DNA of 64,000 nucleotides from Ylistrum balloti. Its lineage: Eukaryota. A program made the position numbers and the translations under genes. The stretch's first letter is position 1. The number at the start of each line of letters is the position of its first letter. This document shows positions 1-13,640 of this stretch, piece by piece. The stretch is taken from NCBI RefSeq assembly GCF_031769215.1, contig NW_026782366.1, positions 992,001 to 1,056,000 on the forward strand, given 5' to 3'. A model generated the notes under the pieces. It was not told the origin of the DNA, made no database searches, and worked only from the letters and a program-made list of their open reading frames with translations.

Positions 1-69
1 ATTTAACATTCATATGTACCTAAATGTATTTATTAATTTTTACTTAGTGTTGATGATAAAGAAACTCAC

Positions 70-3000
70 GCATGCAGTTGGGGAGAGGCAGATCCCATGA
101 CAAGCTACCATCATCATTACAGATAAGTAGATCAACGGCAGTGCTTCTAACTGAAATATCGTATCCCATCTGGCACTGCGGCTGACAGAATCGCCCCCCT
201 AACCAGTAGTCACAAGCCAGTGCTCCATTATCAGGCGCTTCAGGAAGCTGACAATTCTCTGACACTTAACAAAAAACATACGATATGTCGTTAGAAGATT
301 TATGAACGATATTTCTCTATGACAAGATAGTTTTAAACAAATAATGAAATTATCAATTGTTTTTAATGTTTCATTGAGACAATGGAATAACACATGATAA
401 GCAATCGAACGTAGCATTTTCAAGTTAAAATATTCTAATGTCTGCTGCCACTTTCACATTTGTCACGCTTAAGGATGGAATAACTGATCCATCATCGTTA
501 TTGTGGAAGTGAAACTAATTAAATTAAACTCACATTCACAAAATGGTTGTTGTGTTCCCCAGTCCCATAGGCCATACGGAGGAGTTCCCTCTTGCTCACA
601 GCTGGTTATAGATGAGGAAGCATTCAGTGTGGCGCCATCTGAACACTCAAATCGACACGTAGATCCTAGACGGTTACCCGTACAGGTAACAGATGTATAT
701 GGCGTTGGATACACGTGGAAACACCTGATTTCTGTGTCATATAATGAAAACTACGTTTTGTATTTCCGCCAATGCTACATCGTATATTACTTCAAAGTAA
801 TCGAGAATAAATCTGACTATGCTATGTATTAAGATTAATTTTGTACACTGTTTGAACCATTCATCTAAAAAGGATTTATTTAGTATCGGAAAGGTTGTAA
901 TGGGAAATAACTTGCTAGTTTTGCATTTAAATGTGCATGATTTGAAAATATTTATATACCTCTGACGGTGATTTTGAAGTTGAGAGGCCTTGCGGTATTG
1001 CCAGCACTATCGGTTGCTGTATATGTTACAGTATATGTGCCAACCTCCAGAGCATCACCTTGAGAAGGGCCTGCAATCTGTACTACAGCTAAAATGTCTC
1101 CAGAGTTATCCTCCACTTCCGGGGCCTCCCAGTATACCGCTACAGTGACGTCATGGCGAGCAATATAGAAGGTCTTCGACGACGGATATCGTTTAAAACT
1201 CGGTCGCTCAATGTCTGAATATGTATACATCATACTAGATTAGATTACCTGCCTTAGTATAAATTTTCTCCGCTAAACTGCACTTGTGTTTTCGAAGCGA
1301 GGTCTAGTGGAGAGCAGAAACAGAACTAACATCATCTACTATAAAAAGGAAACGTTATGAAATACTAAGACATTTTAGAGCTAGGTTTGAAGCACGCCTG
1401 TAGATCAACAATGGAGAACAATATATTCGATACTGGTCACAATTCTTCAATCTTTTTGAACATCAAATTAACGCAAAACTGGTCAAACACAGATAGTGAT
1501 ATTCTTTGCATGCCTGAAAATATGTTCCTAAGGCAATAGGAAAAAAATGTAGGTAGGAATTTCTAATTGCACACATGTATACTACAGATGTACACACATA
1601 CAATCTACATAATATAACGCTGACGTTAAACCATTGTTACCATGATTGTATTAAAGACAATACTTGCCTACACAGTTAGGAACAGGAGCACTCCATAACT
1701 GATCAACTCCACACACCGACACTCGCCTCATGCCCACAGGTACGTCATACCCACTGGTACAAGTGAACGTAGCGATAGATCGAAACAAATTACCATTGGT
1801 GTATGTGATGCTTAGCAGTGGTGAAGGTAACAGTGGACCACAGGAATGCTCTACACAATTATATAAATCAGTTTAATATGCCAATTGAAACTGTCATTTT
1901 CTTAATAATTTACACATTCCACAACAATTTGTTTCCTTTATAGTTGCGAAACACCTAATATACGACATTTTGACAATACAATAATTTTTTAACTAGTTCA
2001 GACAAAATTCCCTTTAGAAATTAGAATACATAAATTGATTAGCAAATACGGAGATTTTACTTGAATGCTTAAGAGGCCTGACAAATTTTTATTGAACAGA
2101 TATGTGACTCTAACAAATCTTGTTGAAATGACTTTGGAAGAACGGGATGTGTTCCCTACTTTGGCAGCCAGGTTGTTGAATTGTCCATGACGACCAACGT
2201 CCCGTAGACAAGCATTCGGTATAGTTCGGTCCAATGAGTTCATGCCCTTCGTAACATCCGAATTCACAGTAAGAACCAAGCACCATGTCATCACTTCTAT
2301 GGCAGATGACATAACCGTCGGTCATCCGTTTTAGAACTGGACACCGTATCACTGGCAACAAATTGATAAAAACCATGAATTCAAGTCATTTTTTCGAAAA
2401 TCCAAAACATAAACCAACATTTGAAAATCTGGCAAACACGATATGTACCTTTCGATCAGTAGGCACTAAACTCGCTCTTTAACCCTGATAATCGGATTGG
2501 TTTTCCGGAACAGATGAGATGATATAAGAACTATTTGTTCGCAACAAGTGTTTCCCCCGAGTCTTTCCAACACCCGTGCTCTCTTGGTTTAGCTAACATT
2601 AGTCAGTATCTCAATAATTATTGTTGTGATTTGAGTTAGTTACTTTCCTCTGATATAAAACAGAATGATTGACACGCAACGTAGCAACATACCAGTGACG
2701 TATATATTAAAGTTGCATTTTGCCATGTTTCCACTCCTGTCTCTTGCGTAGAAACCAATTGTCGCGCCAGGTTCAGAAATGGGGTATCCAGAGTTACGAC
2801 TGGAGGATTTTTGAACACTGTAAATATAATTGAGAAGCGATAGGGACAAAATAGTCAGAATCCAATTTTTATTTAAGAAGTTTTTCATGTAAAAATAAAA
2901 TTTCGCGTACTTTCTAAACATCGTACAGGACATCTTGACGAGTGAAGATACAAGAACTTGTCCATCTTCGATCGACTAATAAGTTGTAAAAATAATTAAT

Positions 3001-4426
3001 TCTAACTGAAAAATGAGAGACTAAATGCTTATTTCTGAAGCAAAATGGAAGAATTTTTCACTGATGTAACAGACCAGACTATAGATATTTTCATAGATTT
3101 TATTTTCAATTTATCTTCAGCAATTCCATCTCCAAAACATAGCAACCTTAAGAGTACATATCGAATACCAGGATAAAATCAATTTAAAAAGTTGACTAAA
3201 ATTTTGAGGCAAGAGCGTAAGGTGACTTAACCTTACAATAACATTCTTGCGGATAAGCCAGTGAAATGTTACTATACTATTTTGAGTTTCAGTCAGACAA
3301 CTTGTAAAGTCACATTAAGTTAAACTTTAGACACAACTGAATTACATATGTATATTCCTGATAAATATACATAACTGTGTCGTGTCGGACGTCGACGTAA
3401 GGTGTAAATGTACACAATTTACTAAACCAGTGTTAAAGTGAAGGATACTGAATTCGATAAGGCGGAGTCTAAATATTGGACTTACCTCACGGTACCATCC
3501 GGAAAGTCCCATGCGGTAGGCGTGATCCAGTTCACCTTGGCATGAGTCTGGAAAGGGTCGCCATATACATGTTGGTCAGGTGGGCATTCAAGCTGAGGGG
3601 GAGTGATGTCTTCTGTATTTGTATTAAGAGACAGTGTAGTTATGAGTAACATCAACACAAACAACTTACACATTAAGAAAACGTACTTAGTTTTGGCACA
3701 ATGAAATTCAGTGCATTATCATATTCTGGCAAATAAGCGCAAAGATGATTTTTTGCAATGTTACATTTCAGATAGTTATTTAAAAGCAAAAGGCCACCGG
3801 AGTTAGATTATGTCCTACAGGAATATTCACAATCCATTTTTCACATATCATTCTTAACTTTGTTCCTGCATAACAGGCTTTATTAGTTATTTTCGAGGCT
3901 AATGGTATTTTTTTTTCAAAAAAAAAGCTCTTTCATTAACAAGCAGTAAAATGATTCGAGGATAGGGAAAAAAATGTAAAAAGCCAAACGATCATTAGTT
4001 TTAACAAGCTTGAAGCTGCATATAAACTAAATATGATTTTAATACCTAAACTCGCTTATTTGATTATCTATTGTAATTTATGGAGATATATTTGAGAATG
4101 TTTTTTCATACTCATTGCTGTTGTTAATATTATACAATTTTCCTCCAAATAACTATTTTTCCATAGTCAAGATACAATCTAAGAAATTTGTTATATGTTG
4201 ACGTCACTTTTCAATATCTTATGTATATCATAAAGCACATGTACGTACTGGGCTGTCTGCTTCTCTTGCTACACCGGGTAAACGTACATTTGACACCTCG
4301 GAATACTCGTCTGAAGAAGCGGCCCCACCTCCTTGATCTGGGACGAATTATAGGTAATGGATCTTCTCGACCTGTTTGTATAGAGATTCCTATTAGGATT
4401 GAAAGGGGAATATATACGCATCTCAT
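70..4426 (-). CDS. Gene A (5' part, continues beyond position 1): signal peptide, cationic propeptide, HYR-sushi-sushi-HYR-sushi-sushi; SVEP1/polydom-like extracellular protein
   Basis: Exons 4426-4249, 3612-3486, 2817-2693, 2351-2160, 1850-1668, 1214-960, 731-534, 258-70 join in frame (phases 1,2,1,1,1,1,1). All acceptors are AG; donors are GT except one GC (1667-1666). Start MRCVYIPLSILIGISIQTG is signal-peptide-like. HYR motifs DITPPQLECP..VNW..P.AWD and YARDRSGNMAKCNF. Sushi C..C..W..C patterns. The 1850-1668 exon is missing from the ORF track (EHSCGPLLPSP...LWSAPVPNCV). Confidence 0.9.
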
Positions 4427-6559
4427 AAAAACACACGATGTTTGCGTTGCTTTAAGGAGGAATAGTCGCGTTGAAAAGTGAAAACTTTCTTGATAAAACG
4501 TGATAATTGAAGTATTTAAACGAAATGAGGATCGCGTTAAAACGAAATAATTTTATTAAAACAAAACGAAACGAAACACAATATTAATAATTTGATATAA
4601 ACTTAAGATGATAAATAACTAACGCGTTTAAACGAGATCACTGTTGCGTTTTAACAAGAAAAATAATTTTGTTTTGTGTTTCAAATGGCCTTAAAATGAC
4701 TAAATGGTTATATTTCATTACTTTCCCCATGCGTTTGTTTTCAGGCAAGCGTTGTAATTCTCAAAATTATACTCTTTATAAAATTATAAATTGATACAGA
4801 CTATCAACTTTAAACTAACGCTAGCTTTGATCGGAGATAGCCGCGTTCATCACGTGACCTTATAGAGCCTCGTTTTAACCCGCCGCTTTGATATGATTTC
4901 TTATTATATATAATTATGTATGTGCACATAGACCACGACTGCACTACCCTACAACAATGAAAATAGTGTTCGTGTTTTTGTTCTTCATCATCATTTAGAA
5001 ATCATTTATGTGGGAATACATGTACCAGTAAGATAACAGAAGACACACAACTGAATAGCACATTTAAATAATTTAGAGTAGATACAGTAGAGCCAAACAA
5101 TGACTTAAATTGAATCATATATTTGTTTCGTCCTTCTAAGACTTGTCAGTGATGTTAAGATCCTAAATGTTGAAGCCTTGTGGCGACTGAGGAAAATCAA
5201 GTGACCGAAAGAAAAGTCAAAATCTAGACTGGGAGGTGCAGTCCCATAATGAAGTAAATTTCTTAATTTTCATATATCAAATCATTTTAGAACAGCGTCA
5301 AATGCACATGTATACTCTGAACCGTGCCTCTGTTCGGTTGAGTTGAAACGTGGTAGGTTACTGCAAACCTTTCTTCGCCATTTTTAGACTTTATCGTTTA
5401 TTTTCTGCTTCTTGTAACTGTTTACTTACATATTTCAAGTTCACCTGACCATTCTCCATCTTTACAATATACCCATGTTTGCCGAGAATTCTGTGTACAA
5501 GTAAATATACAAATGTGTCCGGGACTGACAACATCCTCTATAGGGGTAACACGGTTGTTTTCCTCGTCCTGGCATTTTATGTTTGTCGACGGCAAGTCGG
5601 TGGTATCACAACCTCCCTTTACTGTACCCTACAATGGATATACGGGAAATTAGATCACAAATATATACAGTATTTGTAAATGATGCTGAAATTTTCAACT
5701 ACCGAAAGGAAGATGGTATTCAAATGACAAAACAAATGAAACAAAAAGACAAATGGCGAAATAGAAACATCAGCGACATACAATGTACCAACATTGACAG
5801 ATCGGCTGTATCGTACACAAGGAATAGATCCAAATTACAAATAGAATATAGTATATAAGGATTAAATAGAACTGTCAGGAACAGTGTTCTCGTCAACTAA
5901 CATACATGTAGAATTGAATTAGTTTTCGTTAGTTATTCCGAATGGTAACTATTTAGTCCACTTTTAATATGTCAATTTATCTTATTGTAACATACCTGTA
6001 CTGTAAATATCTCCCAAAAGGCTGCTACAATCCACAGATATACGTGAAACCTTGTCATGACGGGTCTTCGAACGGGCGTCTCTGCATAGGTATGAGTGTG
6101 CAGGTGGACATAAAACTAATTGATAAAGAACTTCCGGGTACGTTGTATTTATATCTGCGTATGTACATTTGTTCAAAATAGATTACTTGTATGACTGGAA
6201 ATCACTGTAACTTGTTCATTTGGAAGTGTTTGCCCTGAATTATATGTTTACCTGCTACAAAATTGTATTCGAGGCCTAGTTTAATACAATTATCTTAGAT
6301 ACTTGATGTTCCTAATCACAAAAGTTCTACCAGTGTTTAGATAATTGTATCGTAAAAGTATGAAGTCTGAATAAACTGATGAATAAAATTATGATTATTC
6401 TATCACGAACTCATCTGAAATACAAAACTTTAAATCTGCGATTTTGTCAAATTAAACAATAAAACGTGAATGTTAATGCAAAATGGTATTTAACATGCCT
6501 CTGTACAAACGCTCTTTCTTTTATGGCCAGTTCAATGAAGATGGAATGTCTTAAGCGTT

Positions 6560-7510
6560 TATCTATATTCAGATCAAGAATGATCATCTTAACGTGTTTT
6601 CCTATTGTCAGATCATGGTTAAATTATCTTAACGTGTTTTCCTATAGTCAGATCATGGTTAAATTATCTTAACGTGTTTTCTTATTGTCAGATCAAGGTT
6701 GATTTTCTTAACGTGTTAAATTATTTTAACGTGTTTTCATATAGTCAGATCATGGTTAAATTATCTTAATGTAGTAATGTTATTTTGTCATTATTTTAAT
6801 ATATGTGCTATATGCATTTGTTATTGTTTTAATATTATCGTTATGCGTTCGCGTATCAGAACCGGAAGTCAGCCTTTCGTATTATTCGGTACGTGGCGCA
6901 TTGCGACATGGATTTTACATTGACGCCCATGTAGGGACCCGAGAATAGTACTTAGCCATGTCCCACCAGCATCGCTGTAATCCCTGGAAACTCGAGGACG
7001 AGTTATTTCCTGAAGGGGGAATATGTAACCCTGGTATAATACTAGCCGCAATATACCACTCGACTAGAGAGAACTTCTCTTTAGCTCGAATGGTTGAGCG
7101 TCAGACTAGTCAGCCAGGGGTCCCGGGTTCGATTCCTGGCGGAGGCATTGCGATGAAAAATGACCTCTGTTACATTAACGTGTTTTCCTATAGTAAGATT
7201 AAGGCTAAATTATCTTAATTGTTTCCTATAGTCAGATCAAGGTTAAATTATCTTAACGTGTTTTCCTACAGTCAGATCAAGGTTGATTTTCTGAACGTGT
7301 TATCTTACAGTCAGATCATGGTTAAATTATCTTAACGTGTTTTCCTACAGTCATATCATGGATAAATTATCTTAACGTGTTTTCCTATAGTCAGATCAAG
7401 GATGATTGTCTTCACGTGTTTTCCAATAGTCAGATCAAGGTTAAATTATCTTAAAGTGTTTTCTTATAGTTATATTGAGGATCGTTATCTTAACGTGTTT
7501 TCGTATAGTC
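6560..7510 (+). repeat. 40-bp minisatellite A (ttatcttaacgtgttttcctatagtcagatcatggttaaa), interrupted by a 405-bp insertion
   Basis: Tandem units read directly at ~6560-6769 and ~7175-7510. Confidence 0.9.
6770..7174 (+). mobile_element. 405-bp solo-LTR-like element with an internal tRNA-derived Pol III promoter
   Basis: Ends are TGTAG...GTTACA (TG..CA), flanked by TTAA at 6766-6769 and 7175-7178. The homologous site in copy 3 (~21646-21690) has one TTAA and no insert. A-box TAGCTCGAATGG (~7083) and B-box GGTTCGATTCC (~7126). Confidence 0.8.
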
Positions 7511-8817
7511 AGAATAAGCATTACGCACTCAGTAACTGTTGTTATATAACTAAATTTCCAAAAGTCAAAATTAATGTTAAAGAATACAAATATTTATGAA
7601 GCAATTTAAGTTCTTTTTATAATTCAACGTTTTACTGCATTTGCATTTTTTTAAAGAACCAAAATGAATTACATATTTGTTGTCAGCAAATTCGATTCAT
7701 TTGAAAAATTCCCAGTTTATGTATGTGTTATTTAATGTTTCTGATAGGCTTTTGTACATTGTATCCATTTAAAACTAGCCAAAGTTCATGTTTAACCACA
7801 ATAGTTTAAATGTGTATACATATGTAAAAGTTCGCTGTCTGGTAATTCCACAACTGTCTGGTAATTCTACATGGTAACCCATGATTAAAATAGGACTTTA
7901 TTTTGATGGCCGTTCGAAATCACGTGGACATCATTCTAACGTGTTACATAAAATCGATACAAGTTATTATCACTATGGCTTATTGTAAGATATGTAGTAT
8001 TGCCTACTTAAGCCACTCCTTCTATTGATAACCTTTGGATATCTTAATACGCTGGATTTCCACGACGGTAATTACTTCCTCGTTCTGATTAATATATCTA
8101 CAATCTATGTCATGAACTTTTTAAGAAGTCTATTGTTTACCAAAATATTTATTCAATGGTGCCATGGATTCTGAGGACTATAACCTACGTCAGCTAAATC
8201 ATGCGACTTACTTCCTGGATCGTAGATACTGTAAACAAAAACTAAATCTAATTAGATTTGAAAAAACTCCGGTCGTAAAATAGTATTGTTTTCTGCTCGT
8301 GAAAGGGGAGTATTGTACGTGTATATAAAAGAAAAATATATATCAAGGTCTAAGCTGTGATAGTTTACTCGGAAACAAGAAATAAAAATTAGATAAAGCT
8401 TTCGTGGAAGGGGTATATCTTTCATAAAACCTTCTAAAATATCGTAGTTGAATTAACAGCATTTGCATGTGGAGATGAAATATGTCATCGAGTTTAACAG
8501 TTTATTCTGCAATGAACACTTCCCGTAAGAAAAGACTGTAAATTACCACAGGTCGTAGGCATAGAGACATTTAAATAGCCCCTCACGTGAAAATTGCCTA
8601 AAGGCGCATAAATAGTAAGTATTTCAATTCAAGTGGTCTAGTATTTAAAACGCCAAGGACGGTTAAATTCCCAATGCCAAAATTTCTAACAGAGTGCTTA
8701 AAATGTCAACGACATCTACGCGAAAAAGTGGAGAGTAGTGAAAGGCAATAAACTGATTTCCACAAAAGTAATATTGCATTGGCGGTTTTAAACAAAGGAA
8801 AGTAGTAGCTAAACCCT

Positions 8818-9249
8818 TTTATTACATCTTTAGCAGTGAAATATAGGGATATATCAAACTGATAAAAGTGACAAATATAAAAAAGTGATATTTTTCACTG
8901 GTGAAAAAATATCACTTTGAGGATTGACCAATCAGAGAGCCCGATACAAAGCTTCTCCAATTCCAGGCAGTACTACTTTTTTCCCCTTTTAACAAATTTT
9001 ATTGTGTATAAGTGACAACAATAAATAACAAAATCCATGTCCAAACACAAATAAACATTCATTATGATTTATTTATGAGTCAGTATATTTTTAATGATTT
9101 TTCATAAAATGGACTTTTTTTTGCCGCGCACAACATCGTTGTATAATGAGTGAGTAATGTCTGGAAAAAGCATGATCAACTTACCCATTTTATAGTTATT
9201 GTAAGGTTGCCATTGTTTTGGTTTATTTTTGCGAAGAAAATGTAATAAA
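8818..9249. mobile_element. MITE-like element present only in duplication copy 1
   Basis: Terminal inverted repeats TTTATTACAT...ATGTAATAAA and an internal near-perfect hairpin at 8882-8918. Absent at the homologous positions in copies 2 (~15195) and 3 (~23093). Confidence 0.6.
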
Positions 9250-9571
9250 CCTATATTTATCACCCTTTGGTCCCTGTGACATTTTTGATGCTCTCTGGAG
9301 AAAAAGTAACTAGGTGATGCAAGAATGATGATCATATGGCACAGTATTTATTGAATAACTCTCGTATTCTCACATTTTGCTCATTCTCTGTCATATTTTT
9401 ATTCATACTAGTTCTCTAGTCTCCTGACTTCGCTTTGATTTAAACATATTTCATTGGTATCAAATATACAGGTAGGATTGGGCACAAGTTTTCTTAAGCC
9501 CATTCCTATAAAGTGTGACAAAATACATTTTAACAAGAAAAGACGACATGTTTAAATACAATTATTATGCG

Positions 9572-9574
<3 letters not shown>

Positions 9575-9646
<72 letters not shown>
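9575..9646 (+). repeat. (GA)n microsatellite, about 35 units
   Basis: Read directly; the homologous site in copy 2 (~15915) has only a short GA-rich run. Confidence 0.98.
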
Positions 9647-9648
<2 letters not shown>

Positions 9649-10944
9649 TAATCAGTTTCTTGTAAATCGGTCTCTCCTACAATGAACAACACAAGCAAAA
9701 ATACAAAACATTTAAGTGTTAAATGTCTTAAACATCGTAATTGGTACATCTATCTACTACTAACAATACTAGACTGAAAATTTTCCGTATAGTTTATCAA
9801 AATTTCATTGTGTTGTGAGTTAATCCTGTGATTCTTTAAGGCATACCCGACAAAACAAAATGTTTTAAAAATTGTATTTAGCACGTCAACAGGTCAACTG
9901 ATAATATTCCAGAGATACCAGGAGTCTTTAGATCAAAATCAGTACATATATCAACTGCTTATAATCCTAGACGGGAATCCAGATACTTAAGTATGTTTGT
10001 TATAGCATTACGTAAGGAGAATATTGTGTTTATTAACAACTTTCTCAGAAACCAAAACTTAGAGACTAAAACACTTTGATACTGACTTGCTTTTGTACAA
10101 TTTTAACTTCAGCTTAATTAAATGTTATCAGAGCTGTCATATCATGGTGAAAAATAAACATGTAAATTATATTTAATTTAATGTTTGTTTTCATTTCATT
10201 CTACCCCCTCTGAGTATTCTATTTTTTATTTTGACATTATACATGTGCAATATCTTAACTGCTTTCAATTACAAAACTTCTTCGTTCTATATGTAGAAAT
10301 GACACGACAATTGTTTTCGAGAGAGATTTTATCTACTTCTTATTACCATTAACTACATACTGTATAATCTATTATAAGATTGAGAATTCTCGTAACATAC
10401 ATGAAATAAACGATTTCATCGGCAAGTAGCCTTGTCCTCGCTGATTCACTATTAATCATTGGACTTTGTAATGACTTTCACACAAATATTACCAACTCTG
10501 ACTTGTTGATTTCTCGTTACTCTTTGTAATATGGTGCATTTTAAACATTTGAATAAGGTATTTGATTATGCACAATAGACATAATCAATCAATCTTCAAT
10601 GTTTCCCTGCCATCCGTGTTTATTTAAACTTTAAATGTTTATTTAAATACAATATCGAGTTGTATTTAAATATCTTCCAAATCCAATGAAATAATCGTGC
10701 CTAAAACTCTATTCAGTGTAGGAGGTATATGTTGAAAAGGGACAGCATAGGGAGTTTCTGGTTTTTAACTATATTCCTTATACTGTCACTGAACAATTCA
10801 TATCAAATTACTATGTAAAGATAAAACAAACTTTCGGGCTTTATTTCAATTTCAGTCATTTCAGCCATATTTTTACCTATCCTGAGTCACAGTCCAATAA
10901 TATTGATACATCATAGATATGTCCCTATGACCTTCAGTCATTCT

Positions 10945-11810
10945 GTCATTACCTACCTTTTGATTGGTGTGTCTATTCATTTATGGTTCACTCCGCCATA
11001 ACCTACCTTTTGATTGGTTTGTCTCATCACTTACGGTTTACTCCGCCATAACCTACCTTTTGATTTGTGTCTCATCACTTATGGTTAACTCCGCCATAAC
11101 CTGCCTTTCGTTTGGTGTCTCATCACTGATGATGTACTCCGTCATTACCTACCTTTTGATTGGTGTGTCTCATCACTTATGGTTTACTCCGCTATAACCT
11201 ACCTTTTGATTTGTGTGTCTCATCACTTATGGTTCATACCGCCATAACCTACCTTTTGGTTGGTGTGTCTCAACATTTATGTTTTACTCCGCTATAACCT
11301 ACCTTTTGATTTGTGTGTCTCATCACTTATGGTTCATACCGCCATAACCTACCTTTTGGTTGGTGTGTCCCATCATTTATGTTTTACTCCGCCATAACCT
11401 ACCTTTTGATTTGTGTGTCTCATCACTTATGGTTCATACCGCCATTACCTACCTTTTGATAACTCATCACTTATGGTTTTGCTATAACCTACCCTTTGAT
11501 TTGTGTGTCTCATCACTTATGGTTCATACCGCCATAACCTACCTTTTGGTTGGTGTGTCTCAACATTTATGTTTTACTCCGCCATAACCTACCTTTTGAT
11601 TGGTGTGTCTCATCACTTATGGTTCATACCGCCATAACCTACCTTTTGGTTGGTGTGTCCCATCATTTATGTTTTACTCCGCCATAACCTACCTTTTGAT
11701 TTGTGTGTCTCATCACTTATGGTTCATACCGCCATAACCTACCTTTTGATTGGTGTGTCTCATCACTTATGGTTTACTCCGCCATAACATACCTTTCGAT
11801 TTGTGTGTCT
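10945..11810 (+). repeat. 50-bp minisatellite B, about 17 units (copy 1)
   Basis: Unit ccgccataacctaccttttgattggtgtgtctcatcacttatggtttact. Confidence 0.95.
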
Positions 11811-13079
11811 CATTATTCATAATTATTGCTTCTAATATGCTTTTGAACAACCGCTTTGTATTGTCGTGGTTTCAGGTCCAAACGTTGGCATAGTTAGACT
11901 TAAAACTATTAAACTGACCACCGTATACAAATACCAGTTTATCTGTATACCAAGTATTGAAAATGTCACTTAGATTAAGAAATTATCAGAATCGGGCCTA
12001 CTTCAGATATTTTCCAGGACTTCGATCCGAATACTTTCACATTTTCAGTAAATAAAAATTACTATTTATAATGACTTCAAAGTGCCTAAGGTGCATGTTT
12101 TGTGTAATCTACCAGTAAACGCTGTCTCTGTTTTCATGTTTACTCTTCAGTTTAACCTTCCAGCTTAATTCTTCTCTTGCCAACTGTATATGACAATATT
12201 CTCTTTTGAGTATTCCCTATGTTGTGCATGGATGTCATTTACCAAGTCTTGTAAGTATCGAAGATACATTTACTGTTCATGACCAAATAATGAAAAATCT
12301 CCCCATTCTTACCCGTGTCTTCATCTAGGTGGAATCAGTATCTTTTCCAAGCTATACGCGCAAAATACTGAACAGATACCATGTACTTATAACTCCAGTT
12401 TCGAATTATCAATTGTAAACTTTATACAAATTACAGTGCAAGCTAAAATGCAAATTGTATGCAAGATGTACAGCTAATATTATCTTCTGACCTGATCAAA
12501 CGTAATGGTACATGAGAAGCTGGGAACTATTGTGTTTATCGTGTAACATACGGCAAATGTACTTAAGATCACTCATTATCACATTTTATCAATAAGCCCA
12601 ATGACGATTTTGTGCATCCACACTAATTGTTATAGAAATCACGATGACTATAAAGATATATAAATATTTTAGAGCAATATTGTCGTAGTGGAAATGGCGA
12701 ACACTAGAAAATAGCAGATATGTATAAATGTCCAATCTTCACATCTAAAACACTGTTTGAAAACAAAACTAGCCAGATCAGATTTTATAATTTATTTCAA
12801 AGAATTGTATTAGATTCGGCTTTTGGTATTGATAGTGCACGAGTATCATATGTAGTAAGAACGCCGCACGCAGGTCTACTATTTCTTACTGTTGATATTT
12901 GTTTACGGCCTTGACAGATATGTCGACAATACCGATCTATAATTTACACTAAACCAGCTGAAATACGTCATAATGGTATTCCTATTCTATGTTCCAGTTA
13001 AATCCCTTCAAAACTTCCTGCTTTTGACAATGGTATGGTTCACAGAATATTACCTGTCCTAAACAGATGTTAAACAACA

Positions 13080-13320
13080 CGCCTCCAGTACTAAATGCCT
13101 TTGGGTATCTGGATATTCTTTACTGGCGTCAGTTGCGAAAATCGAAATCGACCGACTAAGGGGAGCTGAAGTTGGTTCAAAATTCCTAGTTCCGGAACTG
13201 GGAGCCAGATCCAAGTTCCATTTAAGGAAAACTTATATGTTGACAAAACGAAAGTCCAATACGCATGATATAATTCTAATTCGGTACAGGAATCGAACCC
13301 ACAATCTTTCAGATAAAAAT
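13080..13320 (-). mobile_element. Degenerate tRNA-derived SINE-like fragment; homologues at ~20200-20420 and ~25740-25960
   Basis: Minus-strand B-box GGGTTCGATTCCTG (plus strand caggaatcgaaccc, ~13288) followed by a GC-richer body. A-box not recognisable. Confidence 0.45.
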
Positions 13321-13429
13321 TAAGACTATCATAGCTTTTGAAACGAAATATGTCTGATATGAAACTTATGTTTAAATCCAGTTCTATATAAGACCTATCT
13401 CACTATTTATAGGGAGTGTAGTACGCATC

Positions 13430-13640
13430 GTATAAAAATCAGTGTTAACATGGAGTACAGTACAGAACGTGTTGACATCAGTGTTAACATGGAATACGGT
13501 ACAGAACGTGTTTACATCAGTGTTAACATGGAGTACGGTACAGAACGTGTTGACATCAGTGTTAACATGGAGTACGGTACAGAACGTGTTGACATCAGTG
13601 TTAACATAGAGTACGGAACGCATGGTATAAAAATCAGTAC
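13430..13640 (+). repeat. 39-bp minisatellite C (cagtgttaacatggagtacggtacagaacgtgttgacat), about 5 units
   Basis: Read directly; reduced to about 1.5 units in copy 2 (~20545-20595). Confidence 0.9.

Noticed and set aside
5969-6146. Exon-like segment (GCYNPQIYVKPCHDG...KELP G|gtacgt)
   Set aside because: It has a good donor but no clear acceptor, partner exons or recognisable domain.
7076-7147. A functional tRNA gene
   Set aside because: A and B boxes are present but the acceptor stem pairs poorly, and the sequence lies inside a TSD-flanked mobile element.
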